DNA of 63,501 nt, filler included, from Diploschistes diacapsis (GCA_023645945.1; 24 parts of 24 records of this genome joined end to end with filler, not necessarily neighbours in it), one strand, 5' to 3'; shown: positions 39,117-51,923, numbered from the whole stretch's first letter. Notes: generated by a model from the sequence alone, not told the origin. Program-made: numbers and translations.

Positions 39117-40046
39117 TAGGCTGGCCGTCACTGACACTGATAGTATCAATATCCGTGTTTTAGATTTTTTAGCTGCGGTGTCCGTGTCCGTGGATTCACG
39201 GAAGTGCAGTGTCCGTATTAATATTAATGTTTTAAAATTTTTAATTATAGTGTCCGTGTCCGTGTTTTTATTATAGTGTAATGTCCGTGTTAGTGTTCGT
39301 GTCGAAAAATTTTTTATTGCGGTGTCCGTGTCCGTGCATTTCTCGAAATACTTTAAATTATTATTTTAATTTTAATAATTCTGGAATTATCACGCTTATT
39401 TCTTACGCTTTTATTTTTTTAAAAAAATTTCACTGCGGTATTTCGGTGGATTCATCGTAGTGTTTCGGTGGATTTACGGAAATGTAGTGTTCGTGTTAAT
39501 GTTAATATTTAAAAAATTTTAATTGTAATATCCGTGTCCGTGCTTTTACTATAGTGTAGTGTCCGTGTTAGTGACCGTGGCACGAAACGGCCAGCCTAAC
39601 GGATACTATAATTAAAAATTTTAAAACACTAATATTGACACGGATACTGCATTTCCGTAAATCCATCGAAATACTGCGGTGAATCCACCGAAATACCGCA
39701 ATAAAATTTTTTTAAAAAAATAAAAGCGTAAGAAATAAACGTAATAATTCTAGAATTATTAAAATTAAAAAAATAATTTAAAATGTTTCGATAAATGCAC
39801 GGATACGGATATCGTAATAAAAAAATTTTCGATACGGATATTAATACGGATATTACATTATAATAAAAGCACGGATACGGATACTGTAATTAAAAATTTT
39901 AAAACATTAATATTAATACGGACACTGCACTTCCGTGAATCTACGGACACGGACACCGCAGCTAAAAAATCTAAAACACGGACACTGACACTGTCAGTGT
40001 CCGTATCACTGACACGGCCGTGTTAGTGTCAGTGACGGCCAGCCTA
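39117..40046. mobile_element. Two hAT-like MITE copies abutting in inverted orientation (39117-39598 with both TIRs; 39599-40046 partial)
   Basis: TIRs at 39117, 39598 and 40046. The two halves are near reverse complements. Confidence 0.88.
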
Positions 40047-40588
40047 ATCTAATGTTCTACTTTAGGCACCTCGAACCAGCATATCCAGACATATTATTAT
40101 AGAAAACCTTCTATTTCGAACTAGATAACGAAAACGAATACGAAATCGAACGAATTATTAACGTAAAGGAAAGTAGGTATCGAGTTAGATAGAAAAGATA
40201 CCTAAAAAGTTAAAACATATAGGAACCTTCGGCGAACTTAATTAATTATAAGGACAAGCTTAAAGAGTATCACGATACTCATCCGTTAAAAAATTGATTA
40301 ACATAGGATCAACGAGATACTTTAAGAACCTAAAAAACTATAAAAAAAAGGATTATAAAATATAAAGAAAATAGAAAAAAAGATTAACTTTAATAAGAAT
40401 TGAATCTATTATCTCCGCGACGGTATAAATGAATCGAACGGGGGTTCGACATATTTACGCAATAACACCACGACGCTCTAACCGTTGAACTATAAGACCA
40501 TATATAAAAAAACATATATAAACCAGTTTTTATATCTTAACCTTATTATTATCTTTTAATTCCTAGTTTATTTATTAAGGCGATAGGG
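40047..40588 (+). mobile_element. Chromoviral Gypsy 3' end: RIPed chromodomain and 3' region
   Basis: ENEYEIERII...YRVR*KRY...NI*EPSANL matches the chromodomain pattern YEVE.I...Y.V.W.GY...TWEP..NL, with Trp codons converted to stops. Confidence 0.8.
40421..40499 (-). pseudogene. Degenerate tRNA-like sequence inside the retrotransposon 3' region
   Basis: GGTCTTATAGTTCAACGGTTAGAGCG (A-box/D-arm) and GTTCGATTC (B-box). The acceptor and anticodon stems do not pair. Confidence 0.5.
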
Positions 40589-40688
40589 NNNNNNNNNNNN
40601 NNNNNNNNNNNNNNNNNNNNNNNNNNNNNNNNTTAATTAATTAANNNNNNNNNNNNNNNNNNNNNNNNNNNNNNNNNNNNNNNNNNNN

Positions 40689-41922
40689 ACAGTCTTAAAT
40701 CTTTTAATAGCTAAACGTTCAGTCGTGTTTTATTAAAATTTAAATAAATCGATATTTAACAATTTTCGTCGTTTAGAATTTATAAGAAATTAAATGTTTT
40801 CTTACGGTTTATAAGTTTCGAAATACGTCGATATTTATTTAATAATATATTTCTAAATTTTACTTAACGTAACTTAAAAAAGGAAATAAATAAAGTTTTT
40901 AATAAATCGCGGATTATCGTTTTATTATAAGCCGCGATATCTAGTTTTCCGAATCGGACTGATTAATCTTTTTCTTCTTCGAAGAATCTTTATTCGCGCC
41001 GGATAAATTAGATGATTTTTAAGATCTATATTTTACGATTGTGTGATTTTCTTTATTATAATGAAAGCAAGCTTTATTATCTTGACACCACTTTTTAAAA
41101 GCTTTCGTGTCTGATTTTTTCGGTAAAGCAGCACGAGTAATTATAAGAGAACTAAGCGACGAATCTTTTGAGTTAGAACTTAATCGAGTTTAAGCGACGT
41201 TAAATGAGCCGGAACTTTTTAGTTTATAAAACGTTATATTGATTCGATCGGCCGCTTCGATCAGTTTATCCGAACTAATATTATTAACGCTAATATCGCG
41301 TTGAATCAACTCGTTTCGAACCTGCTTTTATAGAATCGAAAAGAATCGATATCGGATAATAAAGTTATCCGAACGAGGGTCGAGGACTATTATTAAACTC
41401 TATATGACTATAACAAGATCTTGTATATCCTTTATCTAACGAAGATGATCCTAACGATCTTATTTCTTTTCTTTAATATTTAATTCGACGAAGTTTTATT
41501 GAAATAATTGAAATAATTCTTTAATAATCTTTATTAAAGCATAATTAAATTTATTAAACTTTATAAGATTCGTAACGTATATAACGACGTCGTTTTTAAG
41601 ATTTATAATAATAATATTCGCCTTTTAATCGTCGCGAAATTTAACGGTATAAAGATTCTCTATAATAATTAAATATCGTTTAATTTATAATATTTATCTA
41701 TCGCACGTATCGTTTTTTTTAGAATTATTATATTTAGATAAATTAAGTATCCTAAACGTAGGTCGTGTAGAAAATTTAATTTCTATACGATTGAAATTTC
41801 GATCCGAGGTTGTTTAATTTATATTTTCTTAAGTCGGCTTTAATCGACTTTAATTAATATTAAGCTAATGTATTCGTTTTATTAATAGTTGATTGATTTC
41901 GGCCTGTTATTATAACAATATT
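40689..41922. mobile_element. RIP-degenerated repeat, unclassified
   Basis: RIP-type dinucleotide bias and no intact ORF. Confidence 0.45.
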
Positions 41923-42359
41923 TGTGAAACGCCAGCGCAGGAAAGGATGCTACTCTACCGGGGGCTGGGCCTGATCCGGAAGGATTAGGTGTAGCTTGGG
42001 TATCTGCAGGTAAAAGGTCTCGATTCGAAAAGCTGAAGAAGAAACTATCTAGGTGGAAGAAGGGCACCGTTAAGTAGTGTAAATGTTAGCCTACCGGGGT
42101 TCGAGGACTACCCATCTACACAACCACCTCCTGACCCTGCCGTGTCTTGGCAAGCACCTGGGCATTGACCCTGCCGTGGCTTGGCAAGCACCTGGGCATT
42201 AACCCTGCCGTGGCTTAGCAAGCACCTGGGCATTGACCCTGCCGTGGCTTGGCAGACCCAGCTTGGCAGGCCCCTAAACTGGGCTATCTCATTACCCCCT
42301 TTTCTAGATATTTGTGTCTTTTATAAACGCGATGCTCTTTTTTTAGTCAATCTTTATCT
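41923..42359 (-). mobile_element. Gypsy family A complete 3' LTR (42291-41923) with PPT and adjacent internal sequence
   Basis: TGAGATAGCC...GTTTCACA (TG...CA), about 3.6 copies of the 34-bp unit, purine run immediately upstream. Confidence 0.82.
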
Positions 42360-45300
42360 NNNNNNNNNNNNNNNNNNNNNNNNNNNNNNNNNNNNNNNNN
42401 NNNTTAATTAATTAANNNNNNNNNNNNNNNNNNNNNNNNNNNNNNNNNNNNNNNNNNNNCTTAAAGAGCGTACAGAACGGCAATAATAATTCTTATAAAA
42501 TAGAAAGAGCGCTGTCCATTACTCCTAAAAAGCGCACGGCGCGGCGCCGCTTCCTCTAACAACTCACGTGACTAGCGCCCATGCGAGGTTCCTAAGTGAG
42601 TGGCTGAGACGTGACAGGTTGGATACCTGGATTGTGACAGGCCAATCATTTTTATTACGTAATCAAAAATTAAAAAAGCATTTTTTCAATATTTTAAATA
42701 TTGGTAAAAAAATGATTCGCCTCGCCATCTTTGTCAGTGTGGCCAGCTCTCGTCGGTCTCGCCGGTTTCGCCAGTTTCGCCAACTTCGCGGATTTTCGCG
42801 GTGTTTCGCCGCCAAAAACTTTTCATGATGAAGATATACAAAATAACGACCCTATAAATCTCGATGTTATTATTAACAGACCCAGGCTTAACAAGAAGAA
42901 AGGGGCTCAAGGACCCAACGGGGGACTTTCAGTTAAAGGAAGAAGTGCTTCGAATGTGGTAAGATAAATTATTTCGCCCGAGATTGCCGATCCAAGAATA
43001 AGATCGCAAAAGAAAAGAATCTAAACGCGATAGATTAGCATTTTAACGCAATTATAAATTACTTTATAGAGGATTCAACTATTAACGGATGTCTTTGATT
43101 GGAAATTACAGTCGAATCGGACACTATAACCTAACAAAACAACACCGAAGAATCGATTAACAAAAATATTGAGACCATAGCCTAGACAGCAGAAGCATCA
43201 ATAGACAAACAGGTTTCGAAAAACAAGGAATTTTTTAACCAAAATATAGAAGAATATAGAGAAACAATAAGATAATTACTATCATACGTTTAAACATGCG
43301 ATCTAATTTTTAAAATTAAACCAAATACCCGAGGACCTTTAAATAATAATTTAAATAAAGATGTATCGTACGAGTTTCGCATTAGTGATCATATTATCGA
43401 TAAATAAGAATATCCCCAGCGGAAAGCTTTTATTATTAACAATAGGAAGTACCTTATTCCTCCGTTTATCGACGAATGCGAGGACGTTAGATGCAACCTC
43501 GTACGATACGAAGTTAAGAAGTTTATTTTATATAAAAACTTAATTACGTACGTAACATTCGAACGCTATTACGAGAACGTGTTATTAAATGTTTAACATA
43601 CGGATTATAACTTCATATATAGTTAATTATATAAAGGAAATTACCCTAACCACCCTTATAACATAGGAAGAGGCAACGAAAAGAAACCACCTATATACGA
43701 AAGAAAAGTCGTTATTGTAAAGTTTTAGTTCGTATACAAGACGTGTTTCTATGAAAAGAACGAACATTCCGATCACGCTTTACGATATTTATTAAATAAA
43801 TACCGTGATGAGAATTATATAATCTTAATATAACAAGAATGGAAAATCGAAACCGCTATAACGCAAGGACTCAAATTAACCGATGAAGATTTTATATGTG
43901 TAAAATATTAAATATAAAAATTTCGGATTTATAAAACTATAAGTTATAATATTCTAATCGTATATTCTTTTATCTTATTAATAAAGACCTTGAAAAAATC
44001 AGAAACTTTCGGTTATAAATCATACCAGAAAGCTATATGCCACCGATATAAAAAAATACACGGGTTCCAGAACGCTAGAAAATCCAAGCTACCCTTAAGA
44101 TTGAATTATATCCACACGCCTTACGGGCNNNNNNNNNNNNNNNNNNNNNNNNNNNNNNNNNNNNNNNNNNNNTTAATTAATTAANNNNNNNNNNNNNNNN
44201 NNNNNNNNNNNNNNNNNNNNNNNNNNNNGGGTGGGAAAGGTGAAGAGGAAGAGAAGGCGATAGAGTGGATGAGAGAGCTGGTTGATTGGGAAGGGGGGCC
44301 TGGGAGGAGAGAGGAATGGCCGCGGAGGCTGCCTTGGGAGTAAGGGACGGGGGTACGTTGAGGTTGTGAGTTCTCCGCGCTCTGTTTGAAGGCGCTCATG
44401 CCCTGCGGCTATGCACAATGCGTAGGGGGGAAAGAAGTAGGCAGAAGGGAAGGCTGATGCTTAGTTCGAACTCAGGAACCCCCGTTTTCTGTTGCTCAAT
44501 CTAAAAGTGCTACTATTGCGCCATTTGATGGGCGAACATGAGGTTGCTGGTGAGAACTATGTGCGGAGAGATGCATATAAGAAATGTGGCTGAATATGGA
44601 AGCTCCTGGAACTGTGGGTCATGGCATTTCTTTGAACTTTGGCATCAGGTTCCGTCCTGGAACCTCTAACAAAAAGAAAAGGAAGAAGGTGAACAAGTCG
44701 AGGATCGAACCATATTCTACCCCTAGGGCCTCTGGAAACCAAAAACTCATCCAAGCCCCGGATGGGAGTTGGTAGCAGGCGGACCAGGGCGCCTACAAGC
44801 TCTTGAGAAACCGCCCATACGCCAGCGAGTACTTCCCTAGTATTTTTACAACCGACAATTCCGGAGAGTTTACTTGCTATGTCTAATGATGAACCCAGTG
44901 GACTATGTAACAAGTTTTTGGGGCGAGAAGCTCTAGAGCGGTTATATATGTGGATTATGCTCGGGATGTGGACAGGAGGTTGGGGAAATCACCCGGCTCT
45001 GAGACGTTTCGAGTGGTTCAGCAACGCATCTGATGTCTCGCATCCCATTTCAAAACCACTTCACGAGGGCATATGGTTCGGAAGATCATTCTACTCGAAG
45101 TCAATCTAGCCTACAGCTCTCCAACTTCAGCCTGTAAAGCGTCTTCTTCCCAATCCTCCCCTTCCTTCCCTTCTTCGCTTCCTCAATCATCTCCTCAAAA
45201 TCACACTGCGAACCAACATATAATCCGCTCAACAGCCTCGCCTCCTCCTTCCCAGCCAGCGCAACGAATGTGTGCGCCCGCCAACTCCAGCGTCTGCTTT

Positions 45301-46899
45301 CCCATGTCCTGAACCTCGCCCAGCAACTTCCTCATATCAGGGCACTCCTTCAGCGCCTCCTCCTCCGCATTCACCGCACTCTTGGACGACGCCAGAATCG
45401 TCTCAACCGTCGCCGGATGCACAGCGAAGACACCAACCCCCCTTGTCACCTACCTCAGCATGTTAAGTCCCGCGAGAAACTTTGATGACCGCCGCCTCGG
45501 ACGTCGCCGTACGCCGCGGTATTGAACGGGATATGCAAGCTACGGGACGTGCTCGCAAACAACAACAACAGTCCGTGCCTTCACCCCTTTTTTCCAACAG
45601 ACACGGCAGCAGCGCAGCCCGCACCAACCCCGCCGCACCCAGCAGCTTGGAGCTCAAAGAACCACGCCCCCCAAATCCCCCTTCTGGCTCGTGCGCGAAC
45701 GGGGGGCCAAAGCGCGTCAATCGCCACCACAATCGACCTCCCCCGACGCCCTTGGCAGCCTCGTCACCGGCCCTCGCGTGCTCCGCCGGCCGCGACATGT
45801 CCGCCTCAGTGGCACTTGCGGGAGTCGTCTTCTTGCTGGGTGCGCCCTGTGCATCTGCTCGACCACGAGGTGCAGGTTCGGGGGGGGGGGGGGGGGNNNN
45901 NNNNNNNNNNNNNNNNNNNNNNNNNNNNNNNNNNNNNNNNTTAATTAATTAANNNNNNNNNNNNNNNNNNNNNNNNNNNNNNNNNNNNNNNNNNNNTTAC
46001 GATAGCGATCTTAATCGCGAGAATATTATTTATTTAATCTTACTCTAATCTATCCCTCGGGGGGCATGTAGGACTAACTATGCGTCTTCTCTAGGGAAAA
46101 ACCTCTAGGGTGCCAAAACCCTAGAATTCGGCGTTTATCGCCTTACTGGCGATTCGGTTCTTATTCGTTTTTACGTCGTTTATAGTACCTCGTCGGGTTA
46201 TTATTATTTAATTAATCGGAATATCGTAAAGTAAAGAAGACGCGAAATTGTATTAAATTAAACGATTTATGCGTATAATTCAGCCGGAAAGGATTCGGAT
46301 TCTTTACGGATTTATCGTTAACCATTTTTAATCTAATTTTTTTTGATTTCTTAATTCTTTCTTATTATATAGAATATAGAAAATGGTTATATGTCGGATC
46401 GTTTCTAATTCGCCGTTATAACGGTATCTTGGCGATTTAATTTCGAAAACGTTCTATTTTTTGAAACATTTATTTAATTCGTTTATATCGGTTTTTATTT
46501 AAATCGTTTTCGAGTTTTTTATTTTTCTTAATTTTCGATGTAAATCGAGAATCTTGCGGCCTTCCGGTGCTATAACGACATCCCTTTTTCGTCTTTTCTC
46601 CGGGTCTTTTCCGGTGGTTTTCTTTTGTTTCCATTTTTCTATCCTTTTTGTCCATTCTTTTTTTATTTATTCTTTTATTTTTCCTTTTTCTTTTTCTTTA
46701 TCGTTTACCCATGCCGCCCGGAGTTGGGCTGGCGTCGGCTTGGTTTCCGCTCTCCGTCCGCGTCTTGGTCGCAGTCTTTTCGTTATCGCTGCGTATCGCT
46801 TCTTAATTTCCGCTGCCATTCCGCTGGTTTCGAGTCTCCGGTGGGTGCGCGCCGCCATATCGGCCAGAATCGCGAGAATAATATCGCTATAAAACCGCT

Positions 46900-47662
46900 T
46901 ATATTTAAATAACTTATTCTTAAATTTTATTAGCTAATCCTCGAGATGATCTATAATAACATTATAAAAGATAAAGGAGCGATATAAAAAAGATCCTCGA
47001 GATCGCGATAAAATATCCGTAAGTTTTATTAAAGATTATAAAACGAAAGTTATTAATCGAATATAAAACCATTCTTTATCCGTAGTTTTAAGTTTACGTA
47101 ATTTATTTCTGAAACTTCCGCTTAAATCCTATATTTCCTGTTTAAGCTACCTTACGATCGCATTCTTTTTATAATATGTTTAAATAATCATCCAATACGT
47201 ATTATTTTAGCGAACAGCGAAATCTTTTTGAATTATCGAGGGTTGTTTTACGGTCATATCTCGTTATAACGCCAGAAAACGTTTATAACGAGTAACCGAA
47301 AAATTAATTATATTTATAAGAATACGAATCTATTATAATTAATATTTCTTCGTGAAAATTGAACGTAAGAATTTAAAACTTACCTTAACGATTATATTTA
47401 TAGGGCCTATTATTACCGAGATTTTTACGATACGCGAGCTATTATTAAACTCGTTCTCGTCGTTGGCCGGGACTTAGATATCTAGCTTATTATAAAAATT
47501 TTTAACTGCGAATTAAATAACATACGTAAGACAAGATATACCAAATTTATCCGGGTCCCAATCGGCTCTATTCTCTATTATATATCTTGTAAAAACACTA
47601 CGCGCGCGAATAAAATTAGTACCATTATTACTTATTATTCTAAACAACCGTGAATATAGGTT
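46900..47662 (-). mobile_element. RIP-inactivated hAT transposase fragment
   Basis: The minus strand reads NxSNNGT...ISCLTYVI*FAVK (C-x2-H motif, cf. CxAHVxxLxV) and, after a GTAAGT intron-like break, KDFAVR*NNTYWMI (cf. DxxxRWNSTYxM). Confidence 0.78.
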
Positions 47663-47762
47663 NNNNNNNNNNNNNNNNNNNNNNNNNNNNNNNNNNNNNN
47701 NNNNNNTTAATTAATTAANNNNNNNNNNNNNNNNNNNNNNNNNNNNNNNNNNNNNNNNNNNN

Positions 47763-47912
47763 TTTCTATTAATAGATAACAATCTTTTTAAAAATCAGAA
47801 CAGATCTGTTACCGATCTACTTCTTCTCCTGCTCGCATTTCTCTTCTAACAGAGACTAAACCCATCTTGATCAATACCTCGTGTCTACATTATAGAGATA
47901 GAGATCATAACA
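47763..47912 (+). mobile_element. LTR family B end, inserted next to the family A leader
   Basis: Ends GAGATCATAACA. Confidence 0.7.
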
Positions 47913-49118
47913 AAACTCTCGTCACGAATGCGAAGGTAAAGCGAACTTTTCGAATATGAAACGCCAGCGCAGGAATAGGATATTATACTACCGGGGCTGT
48001 GAAACGCCAGCGCAGGAATGGGATACTACACTACCGGGGGCTGGGCCTGATCCGGAAGGATTACGTGTAGCTGGGCATCTGCAGGTAAAAGGTCTCGATT
48101 TGAAAAGCTAAAGAAGAAACTATCTAAATAGGAGGATGGCAGGAATAAATAATATATAAATACCAGCCCTACGGAGTTCGGGTCCTATCCGCCTATATAA
48201 CCACCCTCTAACATCCTTGGCACGGTTGGCACTTAATATGTGATTTTGTCGTTATGTGATTCTGTCGTTATATAACCCCGGTAGCTTAGTAGACGTTTGG
48301 GCTGATCGGTTTTATTATTCTTTTTTTTAGATGTTTGTGTTTCTTATAAACGCGATGCTCTTTTTAGTTAATATTCACCTTGATCTTTACTTCTTTTTTT
48401 AGTTTATTTAAAAGGATACCCGTTGTTTTTTCGTAATAGATGTTTCCGTTTCTTTAAATCTCTTTCGACGGCGCTTTTAACTAAATATGTTTTTAGATTT
48501 TATAAAAAAGCGTAGTCGTCGTAATGATCGATATTATTTTATTTTAAGGGCTCGTTTCCGTTTATAATCTTTACTGACGTAGGTTGTCTATCCTTAAATA
48601 TTATTAATTATAGGGGTCTTATCTTTTCGGGAGTTAAATAATAAAACTTCCGTAAGATATCGAGAGTATTTTCGAAATTCGTGGCGGGATATTAGTTATT
48701 ATTGATTAATTATTTTATTTAACGTATTTTATATTAGACGTTTAGTTTTCTTCCGGGGCCTTTTTTTACGTCGAGAATCTTTTCGGTTTTTTATTTTTTT
48801 TCGATTTTTATTTTTATCGGAAATAATTCAAGATGTACTTATCTTTTTAGGAAGTCCCGTGCGTCTTTTAAAAGTAAAGACGAATGAAAGCTTTTAAACT
48901 ATTTTATCGACGTTAATAGATTTAGTTCCTAATCGACGTCGTTTAGTTTTCGTAACACGTTGTAGGGGCCGTTTTATTTATTATTTAACTTCTTATAGGC
49001 TCGGGTGGTTCTCATATTGCGTATGTTTAACTAGATTAAATTATCGGGGTTAATTTTTTTAACGGGGCGTCGGTATTCATCCGCGTATCGTTTCTATCGT
49101 TTTTACGTTAGGGTTATA
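47913..49118 (-). mobile_element. Gypsy family A: 3' internal region (chromodomain relic), LTR (~48313-47955) and leader
   Basis: Chromodomain relic YKIR*...YPATNFEN. LTR and leader match the other family A copies. Confidence 0.75.
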
Positions 49119-49426
49119 ACGTGTTTCACGGGGATTCCGGCCACCCCCAGATTCCGCCCACCTTAAATCACTATTTTCATCTTACATTCGATTTTTCTTA
49201 ACAATCACTACCTCGTATAATAATAATTCGATTTTAATAAAATTTAATATCAACGATTATTTATAGATTTTAAAATTATAGTAATATATTAACATTCGAG
49301 AAACTATCCGCGTATTTAAAATATCTCGATCGATTATTATAGATCGATTCGATAAAAATTAATTTCGCTTTAATAATAACGAAGCGATTCAAATTTTTTT
49401 AAATTTAAAAGAAAAGATATTAATAC
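49119..49426 (+). mobile_element. Fot1/pogo-type DNA transposon 5' end: TIR and HTH-psq relic
   Basis: TA+ACGTGTTTCACGG TIR, then IRETIRVFKISRSIIIDR (cf. SIRxAAxxFxVxRSTLxDR). Confidence 0.75.
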
Positions 49427-49526
49427 NNNNNNNNNNNNNNNNNNNNNNNNNNNNNNNNNNNNNNNNNNNNTTAATTAATTAANNNNNNNNNNNNNNNNNN
49501 NNNNNNNNNNNNNNNNNNNNNNNNNN

Positions 49527-49887
49527 AGACCACATAACGACGGTATAAAGTCGAAAAAACGGGTTTTTTATATTTTTACTAAGATCTACGCATAACACCG
49601 CTTATAATAATATATTTCAAAACCATATTTTTTGCTGCGTTATGACTGATTTTGAAAGATAAAATAATACGTGTTTTCGAGTTGTTATTTTTAATTAGCT
49701 TTAAAAGAATAACTGCTGAGATAATCAATATACACTTCTCGGGTATGATAGACGATTGAGCTAATAGTAATATTTTGAAAAAAAATCAAAAATAACGATT
49801 AAATTCGAAGAGTTATTAAAGATTTAAAATATTTCTTAGCAAAAGTGGCCTAGATGGGGGGATGGCCTAGATGACCGTCAAACACGT
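49527..49887 (+). mobile_element. Fot1/pogo-type 3' end with TIR
   Basis: GTGGCCTAGATGGGGGGATGGCCTAGATGACCGTCAAACACGT followed by TA. Confidence 0.65.
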
Positions 49888-50009
49888 TAAAAGGTTAAAG
49901 GACACGTCTTTAAACTATTTTTAAAGCACTTTAAGTATTTTTAATATTTTAATATCTATTTTTTATTGCGATATAGTCTTTTTGGCTATGATAATAATTA
50001 TCTTTATTT

Positions 50010-50755
50010 TAGGCTGGCCGTTACTGTGTTATGATCCCTATCTCTACAACGTAGGCACGAGGTATTGATCAAGGTGAGTTTGGTTTCTGGTAGAAGAGGA
50101 GTATGGAAGGAGAAGAAGTAAATCGGTAATAAATCTGTTCTAATTTCTAGAAAGATTACTATCTAGACTGGCCGTTTCGTGCCACGGTCACTGACACGGA
50201 TACTGCAGCAAAAATTTTTAAAACACGGACACTGACACGGACACGACAACTAAAATTTTAAAACACGGATACTAACACGAACATTATATTACAATAAAAA
50301 CACGGACACGAACACTATACTTAAAAATTTTAAAACATTAATATTAACACGGACATTATATTTCCGTAAATCCACCGAAATATTACGATAAATCCACCGA
50401 AACATTACAATAAAATTTTTTTAAAAAAATAAAAGCGTAAAAAATAGACGTAATAATTCTAGAATTATTAAAATTAAAAAAATAATTTAAAATATTTCGG
50501 TAAATACACGGATATGAACATCGTAATAAAAAAATTTTCGACACGAATACTAACACGGACATTATATTATAATAAAAACACGGACACGGACATTATAATT
50601 AAAAATTTTAAAATATTAATACTAACACGGACATTACATTTCCGTGAATCCACGGACACGGACACCGCAACTAAAAAATCTAAAACACGGACACTAACAC
50701 TATCAATATCCGTGTCACTAACACGGCCGTGTCAATGTCAGTGACGGCCAGCCTA
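50010..50755. mobile_element. Nest: MITE terminus (50010-50026), LTR family B fragment (50027-50163), MITE with both TIRs (50164-50755)
   Basis: TAGGCTGGCCGTTACTG|TGTTATGATC... then TAGACTGGCCGTTTCG...GACGGCCAGCCTA. Confidence 0.85.
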
Positions 50756-51923
50756 GGTTATATAATTATTTCGACGTTATTAACACGTAGATCAATGATG
50801 TTTTATTCGTCAATATTAATTACGATACATGGCTAAATAAGTTAATCGATAAATAATATAAACTAATAGAAAAGATCGTAGCATATTTATTTTATTATAA
50901 AAAATCTTCTCGACGATTCGACGAGAAACGACGCCGTCCTTTTAGCTCAAGAAGCTTATTTAAAGGACATTTATTTTATAATAAAGGTTACGGCGCGATA
51001 TACTAGAAGCTCGCTAAAAAAACTTAAAAAAATAATCATTATAACAAAAAATAAGAAGCCAGAAAAAAGAAAAGAATCCCGAGATATTCGCAATAAGAAA
51101 AAAAGTAAGAACAAACGCGTTATGATGCAGAAATATTAGATAATAAAAGTTTAAGAGTCGATATTAAATCGAAACCTCAAACTGAACCNNNNNNNNNNNN
51201 NNNNNNNNNNNNNNNNNNNNNNNNNNNNNNNNTTAATTAATTAANNNNNNNNNNNNNNNNNNNNNNNNNNNNNNNNNNNNNNNNNNNNCCACCTAGTAGT
51301 CTATAACTACTAGTAGGATGTTTGATTATAGTTAGTAGGATGTTCAACAGTTGTTAATGGCGTGTCCTGAAGGGTTAAAGAACCTTCAGGGTCCTACTAG
51401 TGTTAACTAGTCAGATAGACTAACCCATGTAGGTTAATAATCTGACAGGGGAAGACCACTAATATAAGTCTCGATAAAAGCTCTAGAATTAATAAAAATA
51501 ATATCATAAGCCGATAACGGGGCAGGCACGGGCTCTCCACGGGTTACAAAAAGAAAACGACTAAACACAGAAATCGAAGTCAAGCCGGTGTAAAGAAGTC
51601 CCGATCTAAAATCAGCACGAGAAGATATAAAGAAACCGACGGTAAATTTACGAAATATAAGGACCGATGTCGAGACGGATGAATCCCGATGACCAGAAAT
51701 AGCTCCAAATAGGTTCATATCGTCTAATTTATTAATTATTTATCGCAGATTAATAATTTAGTCCGTAAAAGCATCGTTCGTAATCCGCGTTTTATATAAA
51801 CGTAAATACTCGTAATCTAAGACAATTTTCGGCCTAAATCACCTTATTAGTATTATAGGCGCAAAAATATTTAACCTATATACGCGTCTTTAGGTCTATT
51901 AATTCTATAAAAGTTCTCTCGAG

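Noticed and set aside
44229..45896. GC-rich, non-RIP contig with several overlapping ORFs
   Set aside because: Looks genic, but I could not build a consistent spliced model or recognise a domain, so no CDS is called.
50514..50744. Thr-rich ORF and other short ORFs in AT-rich contigs
   Set aside because: Chance translations of MITE arrays or RIPed transposons.
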